Program-made: the position numbers and the translations under genes
Origin: Tilletiaria anomala UBC 951
Taxonomy: Eukaryota
DNA: 64,000 nt
NCBI RefSeq assembly: GCF_000711695.1
Contig: NW_013547021.1
Location: 186,001-250,000 of the forward strand
Reading direction: 5' to 3'
The notes under the pieces: model-generated
The model's input: only the letters and a program-made list of their open reading frames with translations
Told to the model about the DNA's origin: nothing
Database searches by the model: none
In this document: one piece after another, positions 24,267 to 36,893 of the stretch
Layout: every line of letters begins with the position of its first letter
Position numbering within the stretch: position 1 is the first letter of the stretch

Positions 24267-25192
24267 ACCATGACGAGGCATGCGGGAAGTGCGTCGTTGG
24301 TTTTTCTTCGCTTCTCCTTGTCATATGGGCATTCGATTACCTTTCAGTCTTCGACTACGACATCACTCTGGATACCTCTACGTGGTATGGACCGTCCGCC
24401 ATGCCATGCTCCTTGCATTAGGTCATTTCATTTGCTCGAACAGAACATCATACATTATCGGACTCAGAAATCTGGCGCATTCAACATTCTACTGTATCTC
24501 TCGTCGCAGTCTGGCGAAAGACTGACAGCGCCATCACCTTTAGCGTTGAGGCTCGGCCTCTTCTACTCACGAGCCCCTGCATCTCAGGTTAATCAGCACC
24601 CTCAACACACCAAACCGTTGACGTTTTCACTTCGCATATTCCACCGCTGGTCACTGGCCATCCTCGAGCTCCGGCTTTTCCTCAATTTGCCGCTACCACT
24701 CACGCTTGGAGCCGTCAGCAGCGATGATTTCCTTTCTTCTTTTCATGCACGGCCACACGATCGTGTCAGCCGTGCAAGCAAGCAACACTCCATACTTTAC
24801 CCGAGCTACTACTCCAGCCATCATTGTCATTACTTTCACACACCCCCGCTCCCTCATGCACACCACCCGCAGCATTCAATGATCGGATCGAATCATGGAC
24901 ATTGTAAGCTTTCCCAAATCACGCTTCAATGGCTAGTTACTCTCTTGTGTTCATAGTGCATATAATACCACCGGTTCGGAAATGAAATCACGATTTGAAG
25001 TTCACGATTACTGTTCTGACATGCGACACGTGCTTACGAACAGGTGCCGCGTCGGCTCCTACTAATGAATCATCTAGAGTGATGCTTCGGGCCGCAGCGA
25101 ATCGGACGACGATGGTCAAGTCTTTAAATGAGAGTGTTGCTTAGAAATACAGTTGCGCATGCAGAACAAGACAGCAAAGATTCGAGGCAAGA

Positions 25193-27263
25193 TTACTTGG
25201 CTGCGGCGCACAGACGGGGCGGCAATGTTAGCAAATGTTAGCCATTGTTGCTCAATTGAGCCCATCAAGTGGCGAACGACCGCGCTCACTAAAGATGGTG
25301 ATGACATCGTCGTTCGCGACAATGTGGTTCAGCCCAACTTTTTGTTCCGCTGGAAATTTGCTTGATTTTCCGTATACCAGCGCACTGCGCCATCAGAACC
25401 AACGAAGTTGACTTTGGTCAGGAGAGCTGAAAGTGCAGGCTGGCGCCCACAGGTGCGACTCACTACTTGAACTTGTCGACAATGGCGCGATGTACAGCGT
25501 GGCACTTTTGCGTGAATGATGGTACGGTTCGGGTGTCAGGGGGATCTGGTGTAATTCCGGTGATTTGACAATTTCGCTAGGCTACTCACGACATGCTCGA
25601 CTGTGGCTCCTTTGCGGACGACAAGTGGATCTTCCAGATCGGGATGCTGTCCGCGCTTCTTGGTGTAGATGCGCACCAGATCGAGTTCCTCCCATATTCG
25701 GTCCACGAGGTGGTCAAGGTTGAGGCCTTTCTCGCAGCTGATCACGATGCTATGCGGCTCGTGCGCGAGTTTATTCATTTGCTCCATGCTGATCGAGTCG
25801 ACTGAAAGAGTGGGATGAAAGGCGGGTGAGGGAAGTGTGTTTTCGTCAGTGGACCGAAGTGAGAAAGGATTCGGTCGACAGGATACTCACTTTTGTTATA
25901 CACATAAATGCACGGTGTATATTTCCTGTTGCCGAGCACCATATCAATGAATTGGTCCACGGTGATGTCTTCTCGGATCAGAACATCGACATTCTTTAAG
26001 AGGTGATCGATGTAAATAAATTGTCCCATTAGCACACAGCCCCAACACTACTCACATGCATCTTGTAGCTCTGTAGGATGGTGCGAATCATCTTTTCGTC
26101 AATGTGCGTGAATGTAATGCCCGTGGCTTTTGTGATGACGATACCGCCAGTTGTCTTGCGCTTGATGGTTACTTGGAATTTTGAGAAAGAATAGGTCAAC
26201 TTCCGTCAGCGTTCTGTCCAATCAATATTCTCAAGAGGGACATCCTGGACGGAAAAGACAGGATATGGAATCGTGGCGAAGTGCAAAGAGGAAGGCAGAT
26301 CCCCTTGGCACAATGGTAGCACGCTATTGAGCACCTGGCTAGGAATCAGGGGATTGTTTTCCACCGCAGCACGCCGCCACTGCACCACATGCGTGCTTCT
26401 CCCGCTCAGAGTGCCCGTAAAGTAGAAGCGGCAGCAAGCCGCTCCAGAGCAGGGAGTGGCCAACTCACCATCTGGCTGCTTCTTGTTTAGCCGAATGCCC
26501 ACGTCCTCGAGTTCCTTCTCGAGTAGAGCCCGCTGCGCCGCTGGTTTCGTTGCGTCCAGCATAATCTATCGCGTGTAAGAAATTGGTCAATGAGTCAAGT
26601 TACCTCTGAGAATCCTAAAATCACTGCTGTCACTTCACACGGCCGTGGACGCTCACCATGATGAGATCGGCAGTCTTGGCCACACTGACGACCTGCTTGC
26701 CTCTACCTCGCCCCTGTGCTGCACCTTCGATGATACCAGGTAAGTCGAGCAGCTGTATCCGTGCGCCTTGGTATTCAATGACACCTGGGATGGCTGTCAG
26801 CGTGGTGTACTCGTACGCGGCCGTTGCGCTCGCTGTCTTTGTGATCTTAGTCAAGAGGGTCGACTTGCCGACGGAGGGAAACCCGATCAGCGCAACTCTT
26901 GCGTCACCGGATTTCATCACATCGAAGCCTTCTCCTGGTTTTGAGGATTTACTTGTCGGCTCCAGCAACTGCATACGCAGCTTGGCAAGTTTTCCCTTCA
27001 GCAGACCGAGATGGTACCTGCGGATTGGTAGAAGCCATAGTCCACAATCAGCTTTTCATTATATCAGCGTATAGAAACAACGTTTCATTTCCATTGCATC
27101 GAGCGTGTCACGTACTCGGTCGCTTTATTCTTCTGCGTCCTCATCATCTCATCTTCCTGAGAGAGAAAGGAGGAGAGCATATATTCCATTAGCACCTCAT
27201 ACGCGCACTCGTTGACGGTCGCCTAGCCCTCACGATCTCTTTGATCTTCTCGACGACACCCAT
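25193..27263 (-). CDS. RBG2: Developmentally regulated GTP-binding protein 2 (Rbg2/DRG2), about 10-11 exons
   Basis: Reads [85 protein letters not shown], then a TGS domain ending [17 protein letters not shown]. Confidence 0.96.
26195..26460 (-). ncRNA. Candidate structured intronic RNA (H/ACA snoRNA-like) inside RBG2 intron 26172-26468
   Basis: The intron is 297 nt, against roughly 55-110 nt for its neighbours. Several 6-9 bp stems, an ANANNA (AAAACA) hinge between hairpins, and ACA just upstream of the GCTGAC branch site. No family match established. Confidence 0.35.
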
Positions 27264-27271
27264 TTTGGCTG

Positions 27272-27658
27272 ACGCGTTCGCTCTGTAAGTCTGGGGAAGC
27301 GGGTCTTTCGCTCCTCGCTCAATGGCCTGATTTATCGAATGGCGGGTTTGCTTTCCTAGTGAGGATGTTCTTCTTTGCCGGTACGCAGCTCAGCTATACG
27401 CGTGCGATGTCAATGCCATGGAGTACGATGAACGCATCTTAGGAAGTCGAAGCTCGAGCGTCCAGTACAAGAAACGATTGCAATTCTTTCTTTTTCTGCG
27501 CCCTGTGTGCATGCATTTTCGGCCGAGAGAAAAAAGTATGCACCACCGCTGCAGAGACACACATTTGAAGTGGGGGCGCGTCGCGCGCAGGAGAACAACA
27601 CGCACCGCTTGAAGCAATCGTCAAGGCTGGCTTGGTCCTTCAAAAGACCCGAACGCGT
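27272..27658. promoter_or_regulatory. Three perfect MCB-like elements (ACGCGT) in the divergent RBG2/CENP-T promoter
   Basis: ACGCGT at 27272-27277, 27398-27403 and 27653-27658 within a ~516-bp intergenic region. Confidence 0.5.
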
Positions 27659-27779
27659 CGTGAAATGTTCATGGAGGCTTCTGTGACAAGCTCATTGAAA
27701 GGCACGAAGAGGTCAGGTTCAGAAGGAAGATCGCATCGCCATAAGAAGGGCTTGATAGACCAACAGCAACACCCGCACC

Positions 27780-30743
27780 ATGTCTGGCATGGGTCGCGGA
27801 CGGGGCGGTAGCCCGCGCAAGGCACGCGCCAGCACCGGCTCCGCGCCGACGAACGCGGACAGCAGCAGCAGCATCGCGCGATCACCGACACGGGGCACGT
27901 CCAAGCGCGGTCGCAAATCGACAACGAGCGTGCGCGAGAGAAATCCGCCGGACGCGACTTCAGCAACGCAGACAGCCATTAGGCCACCAGCGATCATGGG
28001 AAGAAGGAGCCTCTTGCCGCCGCCCCCGCCGACCAATCGCGAAGCTGACGACGTCATTGTTAGCGCAGGCCAGCTGCCAGCGGATGGTGCTGATGAGAGT
28101 ACTATCTCTGCTTCCGGTCCACGAACGGACTTAGATGCTGACCCCGCCTCCTTGGCCACTCCGGGGGCTTCAAGACACATGGGAGACGACACGAGCATCC
28201 TTTGGTCGCGTCCACGCCGCTCGCTTTCCCAGCCTCCACCCAACTCCGTTATCCGTCGGCAGCTACGCACAGCAGCAGGTGGCACGCCACTGCACCCGCC
28301 ATACCCTGCCGCATCTACACCTCGACGCCAGTTGCCAACGGCCGCAATGTCTGGCACGCTCGGAGGAGGAGCAACCGAGACCCCGCGAAGGGGCACGCCC
28401 AGCAGCGTCGGACGCGCCGGTGGCAGCGCGATCGCAAGCGAGGTGCGCCGGCGAAGGCAAGAACGCGCATACATGCTGGCTGAACGCTCGGGAGATGTCA
28501 GTACCAATGTTCTCATGCAGCTGACCAGAACGCCCCTGCCCGGTGCCAGTATCCCTATCGGAACAGGTGTGGGTACAGGCCGAGCTTCTTTCGGGCCCGC
28601 ATCGGTGAATCGATCAAAAAGAGCAGCAGGACGTAAAAGTCGCACAAAGGGAATTGCTGGTTGGGGCGCAGGATGCGTCGAATCACCTTTCGACTTGCTT
28701 TCCAAACTGGCAAGGGCACCTGGCTTCTACATCCCCGCATCTGAGCAGTCCATGCTCGCCGAACGCGCGCAACAGCACGCCATGCTTGCCCCTCCCCCCC
28801 AGGCGATGGGCAATTCGACCAATCTCAATGCATCAGCGGCAGCTGCCGCTGCGCGTCGTTCCGGGGCCAGCATCGCGTCTGAGTCGCGCTCGGTGCTGCA
28901 GCCGGGCGAGTCCGTACCTGGCGAGTTGACGCGCGACCAAAGCGACATGAGCCTCATCGATGAAGACGGCTCGTATACGCGTCGTACTGGTGCAATAGGC
29001 GGTGGAGACGAGGATGACGAGCAGGATGACACGGATGCCGGGCTCGCGAGGCGACAGCAACGTATTCGCGCTGGCGTGTTTTTGTTCGACCAGAACAGCA
29101 CGATGGTGCTCACACCCAACAAAGGACGAGCGAGCGAAGGGTTCTCTGCCGCAGGTGACATGAGCCGGCCGTCATTCTTGAGCGAGCTCTCCAACTTCAG
29201 CGGCGGCCGGAGCCGCGGCGACCGCACGGCGCTATTCAAGGCGACGAACGACCGGACAATGGATATGGACCTGACGAATGTCTACGACGCGGCAACGGCG
29301 AATGGTAACATCGACGACGAGCGGCTCATGAGCATGCTTGCGGACATCACGCGCGAGAGCCTCTTCGGACATGGCCGCGAAAGCATGGCCAGTCAGCGCC
29401 TCAGCGTGCTTGGACGTCTTGGCGACGAGGACGAAGATGCAGCTCTACAGGACAAGTCGCGAGAGCAGACGCAAGAGGACGATGAGGTATTCGGTGATGC
29501 CGGTATTGCGGTCGAGAGGAGGTAAGCTTCTACATAACTATTGTCTTCATCTGGGCTCGGCGCTGACGACATAGCCAATCCGCGCATCGCAGATCTCGAG
29601 CAATGTCGGAACCGTTCGTGGAAGAGGCTCAAGATATTAGCATGGTTGTGCCCATATTCGACGAGCTGGGACCTCTCGAAGATATGCCTTCTTTCGACGA
29701 TCGCTCGCAAGGTGGCTCTGCCGATGTGACCGGCGACGATGACGCGGATGCCGATGGGACGATGTTGGGAGCTGCAGATGAGGAAGACCTCACGACGCGT
29801 CCGCAAGAAGATGGGTACGAGACGATGACCGAGAGCGAGATGGAGAGCGACGAAGGTGCTGCGAGCGTCGGCAAGGTCAAAACCAAGAGCAGAGTCGTGC
29901 TCAAGCAACGTATCGTTCGCAAGAAGAAGATCAGGTGAGGGCTTCTACGGAAATGACTTTGGCTACGACAAGCAGCTAAACGAGAAGGTATTCGTTGTCG
30001 CTTCATCCCGTTTTCCAGAATCTCCCCTCACACCGGCGAAGAAGTCCCGTCGTTGCCCGCATCCTTGACAAAGGCATGGTTCACATCGTTCGTGATGCCA
30101 GCATCGAGCGGCAGCGGCACGAAGTCCGGCAAATACAAGATTGAAAAGACGGCGATGGACGCCGTGGAAGATGCGTGGGTTCTACAGCTCCCCCTCCTTC
30201 ACAGTGATGATAGAGCGCGAGCTGACCGTCATGTTTTTTGCCTAGATCGCATGCCTTCTTCGCCCAATTTGCGCAAGAGATCTCGGCGCAAGCGAAGGCC
30301 TCGGGCCGTTCTTCCACCATTAACGAGCAAGACGTTATTGCTGTGTTGAAAGAGTGAGCCTGGAATTTTGGAGTCTCGCATCATTAGCATGTCTGTCACT
30401 CATACCGTGCATTGCCATCCACACCAGCCACGGCCATGTCACTGCAAGCACCTCCCTCCCCTCCTTGATCCGCAAACACCTGCCTCGCGAGATTGCGGAT
30501 CTGATGACTATCACATCGTCCTCGTCGTCTGGCAGCGGCAGCAAGAAGCGCAAGCGATCGAAAGTCAAGGATGCAGAGACAAGCAACGCTTCAGATTACA
30601 TACGCAGCGACACGGACAAAGGCAAAAGCAAAGGACATGCCACGGTGAAAGGGAGGGCTGGTTCCAGCAAGGCGCTCGGGAAGAGCTTGAGCAAACAAAA
30701 ACCTGGCTCAAGCACCAAAGTGGGTAAGAAATTGCGCAAGTAA
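27780..30743 (+). CDS. CENPT: Centromere protein T (CENP-T/Cnp20/Cnn1-like), 5 exons
   Basis: Long disordered N-terminus rich in TP/SP sites with an ESPFDLLSKLARA helix. Spliced C-terminal histone fold reads ISPHTGEEVPSLPASLTKAWF..KIEKTAMDAVEDASHAFFAQ..ASGRSSTINEQDVIAVLK..SLPSLIRKHLPRE, typical of CENP-T_C. Confidence 0.75.
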
Positions 30744-30819
30744 GGTATTTTTCCTTAGCACCCTTCAGTCTGGCTGTGTAATATTAGTCTGCTTGCAAAG
30801 AGATTCCATCCATGTGCGC

Positions 30820-31807
30820 CTTTGTTCGTCAACTATCTTGTTGACCAGAGTGCTGACGCTGCCGGTGCATTCCCCCTCAAAGACATCAGAGTGTGCCTTC
30901 TTCCGGTCAACAGCAATTCGGCACAAGACGTGAGTACCTGACGAACATACCATGCATGATAAAATCGTTTCGACCTGGGCCACTGCGAAGTTTCAAATTG
31001 CACTTTTCGCGTAGGTATGGCGTTTGACGCCGTGTAGCTAAGAATAAGCTCGTATGTTAGCAGTCTCACCCTTTCTCACGCTTGGCGAAGCAGGACGTGA
31101 CTGTCTCACTTTAGCATATAATCCAGCGCCTAGGTCTCGCTCACATCCTTGCCTCTGAATTGGCAGAACTGTTCTTGTCAGCGAATGAAGGCGTTTGTGT
31201 ACTCATCCCACAGTGATTTGCAGTCTTCGCGAATACTGCCACAGGGCGACTCTCGTAGGAAGATTGGTCGCCCTGGACGAATTTGCGAATGATCACTGAT
31301 GCTAGCGATAGTCCGTGGCTTGTGGAGCAGGGTGATGCGATCCGGAAGGTCTAGTTTTGCCTCCTTCGCAACATCCGTATGAACTGCACGGAGCAGAGCA
31401 AAAATTGACCAATGAGTTAGCACGGATATAGTTCTCCCTATTCCTTCTGGCAGAGCTCACTGAGGCCGATGCATCGAATGGTGTTAACCTCAGACTTGTT
31501 TAACGGCGTGAGCAGCTGCATTGGCTCACGGACACTAAGAACTTCAAGACTTAATTTGAAAGGCGCATGCTCACGCCTTTGACGTTTAATTGCTTTGAAC
31601 TTTGAGTTTCTTTTACATTCCATGGGAGATCACCGTCCGAAGCAATTTTGACTGGTGAATGAAGGGTGAGGGCTGTGATGTTCTTGTTTTCTTTGGTGCT
31701 CTTGCTTATGTCCACGCTCAGGTCCTTGAAAGCACCCATGGCTCTCCCAAGTAGGCCTTGCCATCCTCCTCAGAAACGAAGCGAATGAGCCTCATCCGCG
31801 CAGACAT
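30820..31807 (-). pseudogene. Fumarylacetoacetate hydrolase (FAHD/Fmp41-like) family pseudogene
   Basis: Fragments RLIRFVSEEDGKAYLGEP (frameshift near 31740), QLLTPLNKSEVNTIRCIGL, AKEAKLDLP..LLHKPRT, VQGDQSSYE, GKDVSET*ALDYM (TAG 31130-31132), YTASNAIPTRKVQFETSQW..SKRF, and terminal STLVNKIVDE. The middle of the C-terminal half appears deleted. Confidence 0.8.
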
Positions 31808-32412
31808 CACGAGTGCAGAAGCGGCAATAGAGGGTGCGGAGGTCATACTGCATGCAGTGGTCCGATAGGACAGGAACGTCACGAACTCGGCTCTCCGAAA
31901 GCAACGGAGCGGGCGACGATATCCGATGCGCGCTTTGAGAATCATTCGCCCAGCTCGGCGGGCCCGGTAGTGCATAAAGCTTTCAATACCGGTGGAAGGT
32001 CAGCACGGGAATGTGCAAATGCCACACCCCGATATGTCGAATGCTCGATTCCTTCCAGAACCGAGAGAAGGATTGCACCCCACTTGAATAATCAAGGTGG
32101 GGGACGTCAACATACTGAGATGGTGACGAAAGGAGGGCCTCGGCGTGGACATAGACGGAAACGACGGGATTCACTGCCTTTCTACGCGCACGGCTTTCGG
32201 CACCTCGCATTCTACTATTTTACAGCTTTTCATTCTCATTCCAACGGCAACATGGGGGTGATGACACGTGCACATTATGGCCAGAGGGTTGAGATGCAGG
32301 TGGAAAATGTGTACGCCAAATGGTGAGATGACGGCGAACAGACTAAGTAGTGCAGATTCTGTCTGGGGTAATGGACGGCCGGAGTTTGAGCGCCGGAAAA
32401 GCAGCGGATTGA

Positions 32413-35340
32413 TCAGGATGAACATGACGGCAAATTCCCGTTCAGTGGTGTGCCAATGTCGCAAAGGCGCTGGGGACGGAGGGGAGTAGAGGGTGACGAT
32501 TGGTGTACGAATGTCAGTGATTCTGTTTAGAAGAGGAGGCAGACCATGGAAATGAAGTAAGCGAAGAATTCACCTTTGCATCTTCTTGCGACATGCCCTC
32601 CAGGGCATGATCCTCGTTCCACGCCTTGAATGGGTCGCAACACATGGCGAGCACTTGACCTAGGAAGTCTGTGAATATTTGTGCACAGGTCAGGTGTGAA
32701 ACTGCTACGCAACGCCGAAAAATATCACAGCACTCTGGCTCACTCGTGTCATTGTCGCGCGCCAAGCGTTGCACGACTTCGTCCGTGACCCAATTGCGTA
32801 AGACGAAGCATGGATTCACCTATTCGACCAGGCGTGTGATCGATCTAAGATCAGTAATTCAGGCTTGTGCTGAAGCTGCAATCAGCTCACATTGCGCATG
32901 TTGGCTTGAATGACAGGAGCCTGACCTTCTTCCGCCCTCAACCTCTCCACGTATAGCTTGAGCCACTGAACCGCAGCATCCTCCTTCGCTTCTTGTTGCC
33001 ACGTGGGCAGGCGTTTGTGATCAAAGAGCTTTCCTTCTTTGACAAACTCTTTCCAGTCTTCCTCGCCGCTGCCATTTAAGAGAGCGATAGCCGGGAATGA
33101 GCACAGATTTCTGAGGGTACCGCTGAAATCGAGATCCTCCAGCAGATGAAGCAGCGGGTCGATCAGCTGGACCTTGTCCTCGTCGCCTGGCAAAGCCTTG
33201 CTAATCCCAAGGCGCTTCAGCCAACCGGCCTTCCACGCGCTCGTCAAAGTACCGGTATAGACCCCCTCCACTTCTTCGTACGTCCGGGCACCCTCTTGCG
33301 ACCACTTCACCAGCTGTGCCGACTCGGCGCGGAGAAGCTCGAACGGGAACGGGGCGCGCCCGTGTTCCTTCTCAAAACCAATGATGGGTGAGAGGGAGTG
33401 CGTCAGGTGGTTGAGCGCGTAGGCGCCCATAGAGGGCTGCTTCGTGTACGTGTAGCGCCCTTCGCTGTCCGAGTGATTGCAGATCTGATTCGGGTCAAAG
33501 ATGTCCATGAACGCAAAAGGGCCGTAGTCGATAGTGAGTCCGAGTAAGCTGATGTTGTCTGTGTTCATAACTGTAAGAGCAGGAGGCAAGTGAGTCCACA
33601 CGTTGGAACGGAAACGAGGAAGCAGATGCGAATGCACTCACCACCATGCATGAAGCCGTACACCTGCCATCTAGCGATCGTTTCGGCATTACGTCGGCCG
33701 ACCTCCTTGGCGAGACGCAGCGCCCATGGTTTTCTTTCCGTCTGCACACCCTCATCGATGTCTGCATCTCGCGCCTTCCCCACCCCTTCGAGCCCGAGAA
33801 TCTCCCTAGAGAAATACTCGCCGAGAATGCGGACGCTCTCCCAATCGCTCCGGCTAGCGTGGATCTGGAAGCTGCCGATGCGCAGCCAGCTCGGTGCGAG
33901 GCGCGTCGTGACAGCCGCGACGCTCGCCCGCTCTCGCAAGACCGTGACATCGTGGAGTGCAAGCACGGCGAGAGCGCGGGAAGTAGGGATGCGCAGACCT
34001 GCCATCGCTTCCGAGCAGAGGTATTCGCGAACGGAAGACGCGAGCGTCGCGAGTCCGTCACCGAACCGCGAGTACGGCGTGCGACCGCCGCCTTTCAGTT
34101 GAATCTCGGTGCGAGGCCTCATGGACAGTACGCCGCCACCATAGCCGTTTGCTACTCCGCCTCCACCGGCTGTTTGCGACGGAAAATCTATCTCTGAGAG
34201 CGTAATTGCACGACCGTCACCTAGCTGCCCTGCCCAACTGCCAAATTGATGACCAGCATAGCAGTTGGCCCAAGGACCATAGCCAGCAAAGGCCCCTTCC
34301 TCTGTAACTCGCTTCGAGAGTGTCTGAAGGCGGGCACGCAGCTTGTCCTCTTCAGACAGCTCCTTTTCTCCCCCCGCACTTGGCGCTCCTTCCTTCTGCT
34401 TCTCAGACGCGTCGCCACCGTGGATTGTTGTAACCGCACACCCAGCAGCTTCCTCTGTCTCTTGCGCGTTCTCTTTAGCTGTCTCGCGTCTGTACACCTC
34501 CACCGCCGCACCCGCGTTCTCGTCGATGTGCTCTTTTGACGGAAAACGCGCGCCGATCAAACGACCAGAGAGGACTTCGCTCAGCTGCACGCGTGCTTGC
34601 ACGGCTGCCGTGCAAGCACCAGGTGCTACTTGCTGTGCTGCGGGGCCCGAAGTGTATGTGTCGGGCCCAGAGTCTCTTCCCGAATTCGCAGCGATGAAGG
34701 ACAGTGTGTCGCCAATATCGAGTTGAGGGAGACAGTCCTGCAGTGACGCAGACGAGACACCGAGAAGTCTTGCAGAGGGAAAGGTAAGCTCGGCACGGGC
34801 TGGTGCAAGGTACCCTTGTAGTGTTGTTGACACTGACTTTGATTCGGCGGCGAGAGATGCAGGGTCGACCTCATACTTTCGCATGAATCTTTCTATGACT
34901 TGCATGCGCTTCTCCGCGGCGCGTGCTGACTTGCGCTTGTGGCGCTGCTCTTCAGACAACGAAGCATAGTTCTCTGCAGTGTCCTCCTCGTGCGAATCAG
35001 TAGCATCGGGGTTGGGGAAATCGTACGGGAAATTCAATACGAGAGGACTGACGTAGCTGAAATGTGCACCGCTCCCGACACGCCTGCTGCGTCTAACCTG
35101 CGTAGGCAGCGAGTCAGGTGTGGCCAGCAAGCTATCTGGACGGGGGGTGTAGGTGTCGGGAAGCAGATTGCAAGTCAAGCGAGATGCCGGCGGCACGAGC
35201 GGCAGGGAGAGGATGGGGACTTTTGCGGTGGACGATGGTGCTAAAGCTGCTGCCATCGTGCTTTGGCTCGGGGTGGACGGGCGGCGTGCTTGCCGTCCTA
35301 CCGCAGCGAGACGAGTTTGCGCGGAGCTCCTCGCGAACAT
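32413..35340 (-). CDS. FMP40: Protein adenylyltransferase SelO/Fmp40 (pseudokinase AMPylase), mitochondrial; Cys-type; about 5 exons
   Basis: Motifs YAGHQFGSWAGQLGDGRA, EIQLKGGGRTPYSRFGDG, REYLCSEAMAGLRIPTSRAL, SWLRIGSFQ, FMHGVMNTDN..TIDYGPFAF, NPCFVLRNW. Last exon reads RLCDIGTPLNGNLPSCSS*. Arg-rich presequence. Confidence 0.95.
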
Positions 35341-35699
35341 GCAGCAAGGCTCTGAGCAACTACAGCGTAAGCGGCGCCCTGACCTAGCTTTGCCGTATTC
35401 TCTGCAAAAGCGGACGATGATTCGATGCACTTGGTCCTACATCCCCTTGCCGGTGCGCATTGCAAAGACGGCTGACTGACCATGAGAGACCTTGAGAGAT
35501 GCGGTTGTGCTCGCCACCTTGGCATGCTGTGCTCCCCCCCCCAACCCTGGCACTTCAGCAGCAGTCACTTTTATTATTCCATTGATGTCATCATCTGATC
35601 GTCTTTCTCTTCCAAACTCCGCAAGCATTTGGGTTCAATCCGCCATAGCCAATGTGCCTCACTCTCGGCTAAAGGAGGAGAGTCACAGGACAAGCGCAA

Positions 35700-36260
35700 G
35701 GCAATGCACACACGCATGGCTGACGGCACATTGTTCGTACTATCCCATGTGCCTGCATCGGTGCAGGCATCTGTCTGGCCTCCTTCATGGACTCGTGCAA
35801 CAACTTCAAAGTCAATGCCGGGGTAAAGCAAGCATTTGGTACTAGGTAGGTGAGTGCACATCCACTGGCGACATCGACGAATCAACCTGATGTGTGCTGT
35901 GTACGATCGACGAGCTGGCTCCGAAGGCTTACGGATTGCGTTCGGTCAAAGAGGGATCGCAAGATTCAGGTTCACATTTCACACCCCGTGCAGGACCTCG
36001 CAGATTGGCCCAGCGTGGGTCAGAGCATCGAAGCTAAACGATCAACCTTTATCTCCACCACATCATTTCTTACGCTTCTTCACCGTTACCTCCCTAGGAT
36101 AGTCCTCCTCATGCTTGGATTGGTGCTGTATGTGGATAGTCTTGTCAAAGGTGTACATGCTGCACGGCCGGGCTGGCCGCTGACCGCTGATCAGCCCTTG
36201 TGCCACTGATGGATGACCGAAGGGTCCACTTTGCAGTACAGAGAGTCCTTCATGAATCAA
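35700..36260 (+). pseudogene. Possible remnant of a multi-pass membrane protein (DUF6533-like)
   Basis: Hydrophobic fragments PCACIGAGICLASFMD and SFLTLLHRYLPRIVLLMLGLVLY (resembles the 'LFLLNRY' motif), then TGA at 36207-36209. I cannot build a coherent gene model. Confidence 0.3.
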
Positions 36261-36893
36261 CCTTACTGCTCGAGTCCCTTTTAGGCCCCATCAGGATCCA
36301 CAGGACATGCAAGATCTGTTTCCACGCCCCCAGCGGCCAGATCCCCGACCATTGATATGCAACGGGTTTCTTCGTTACATCAGCAAATTCGTTCCATCTC
36401 AACTGTCAAACGCGGGCTAGGATCGCCTTCTGAGAAGCCAGGTTGGTCAGTTCCGTTCCGGTCGCTCCAAATCCGGCGGTTCTAGCGAAATGACATATAC
36501 GGCATCAACGAGAGTTGGCTCGAACGCTCATTGCTTTCGTTCTCCTCAAGTTGTCGCGTTTCGTAGCGTTTCGGCCAAATTGAAGCTGTCTTGGAACCAA
36601 ATCAAGTGTTTCCCAGAAGCATCCGTGGTATTACAGGATTGCACCGTGCTATTCGGTTGCTAGGGGTGTTGTATGCGCCGGCGCTGCCGGCATCCTTCAG
36701 CTCCACCTTCGAATGCTACAGGAAAAGCGCCCACTCGGGCTCCTGCAGAGGGAAGGAAAGGCTGATCACTTTTACCGGAGCCCACGGACCGCTTGGTGAA
36801 AAATCTGACGATGCTGCCTTATGGTCAATTATGGAGCCTTCGGCGATTAACCTGTAACTCGTCAGTATGCTCTCAATCTTCAGTACTTAAAAG

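Noticed and set aside
24270..24956. 228-aa ORF right after the kinase stop
   Set aside because: No motifs and UTR-like composition, so probably the kinase 3' UTR. Readthrough of the TAA is unsupported.
26290..26360. Firm identification of the intronic element as U17/snR30 or a TPP riboswitch
   Set aside because: The m2-like motif is incomplete and not 7 nt from an ACA box, and the TPP aptamer core is absent. Kept only as an unassigned candidate.
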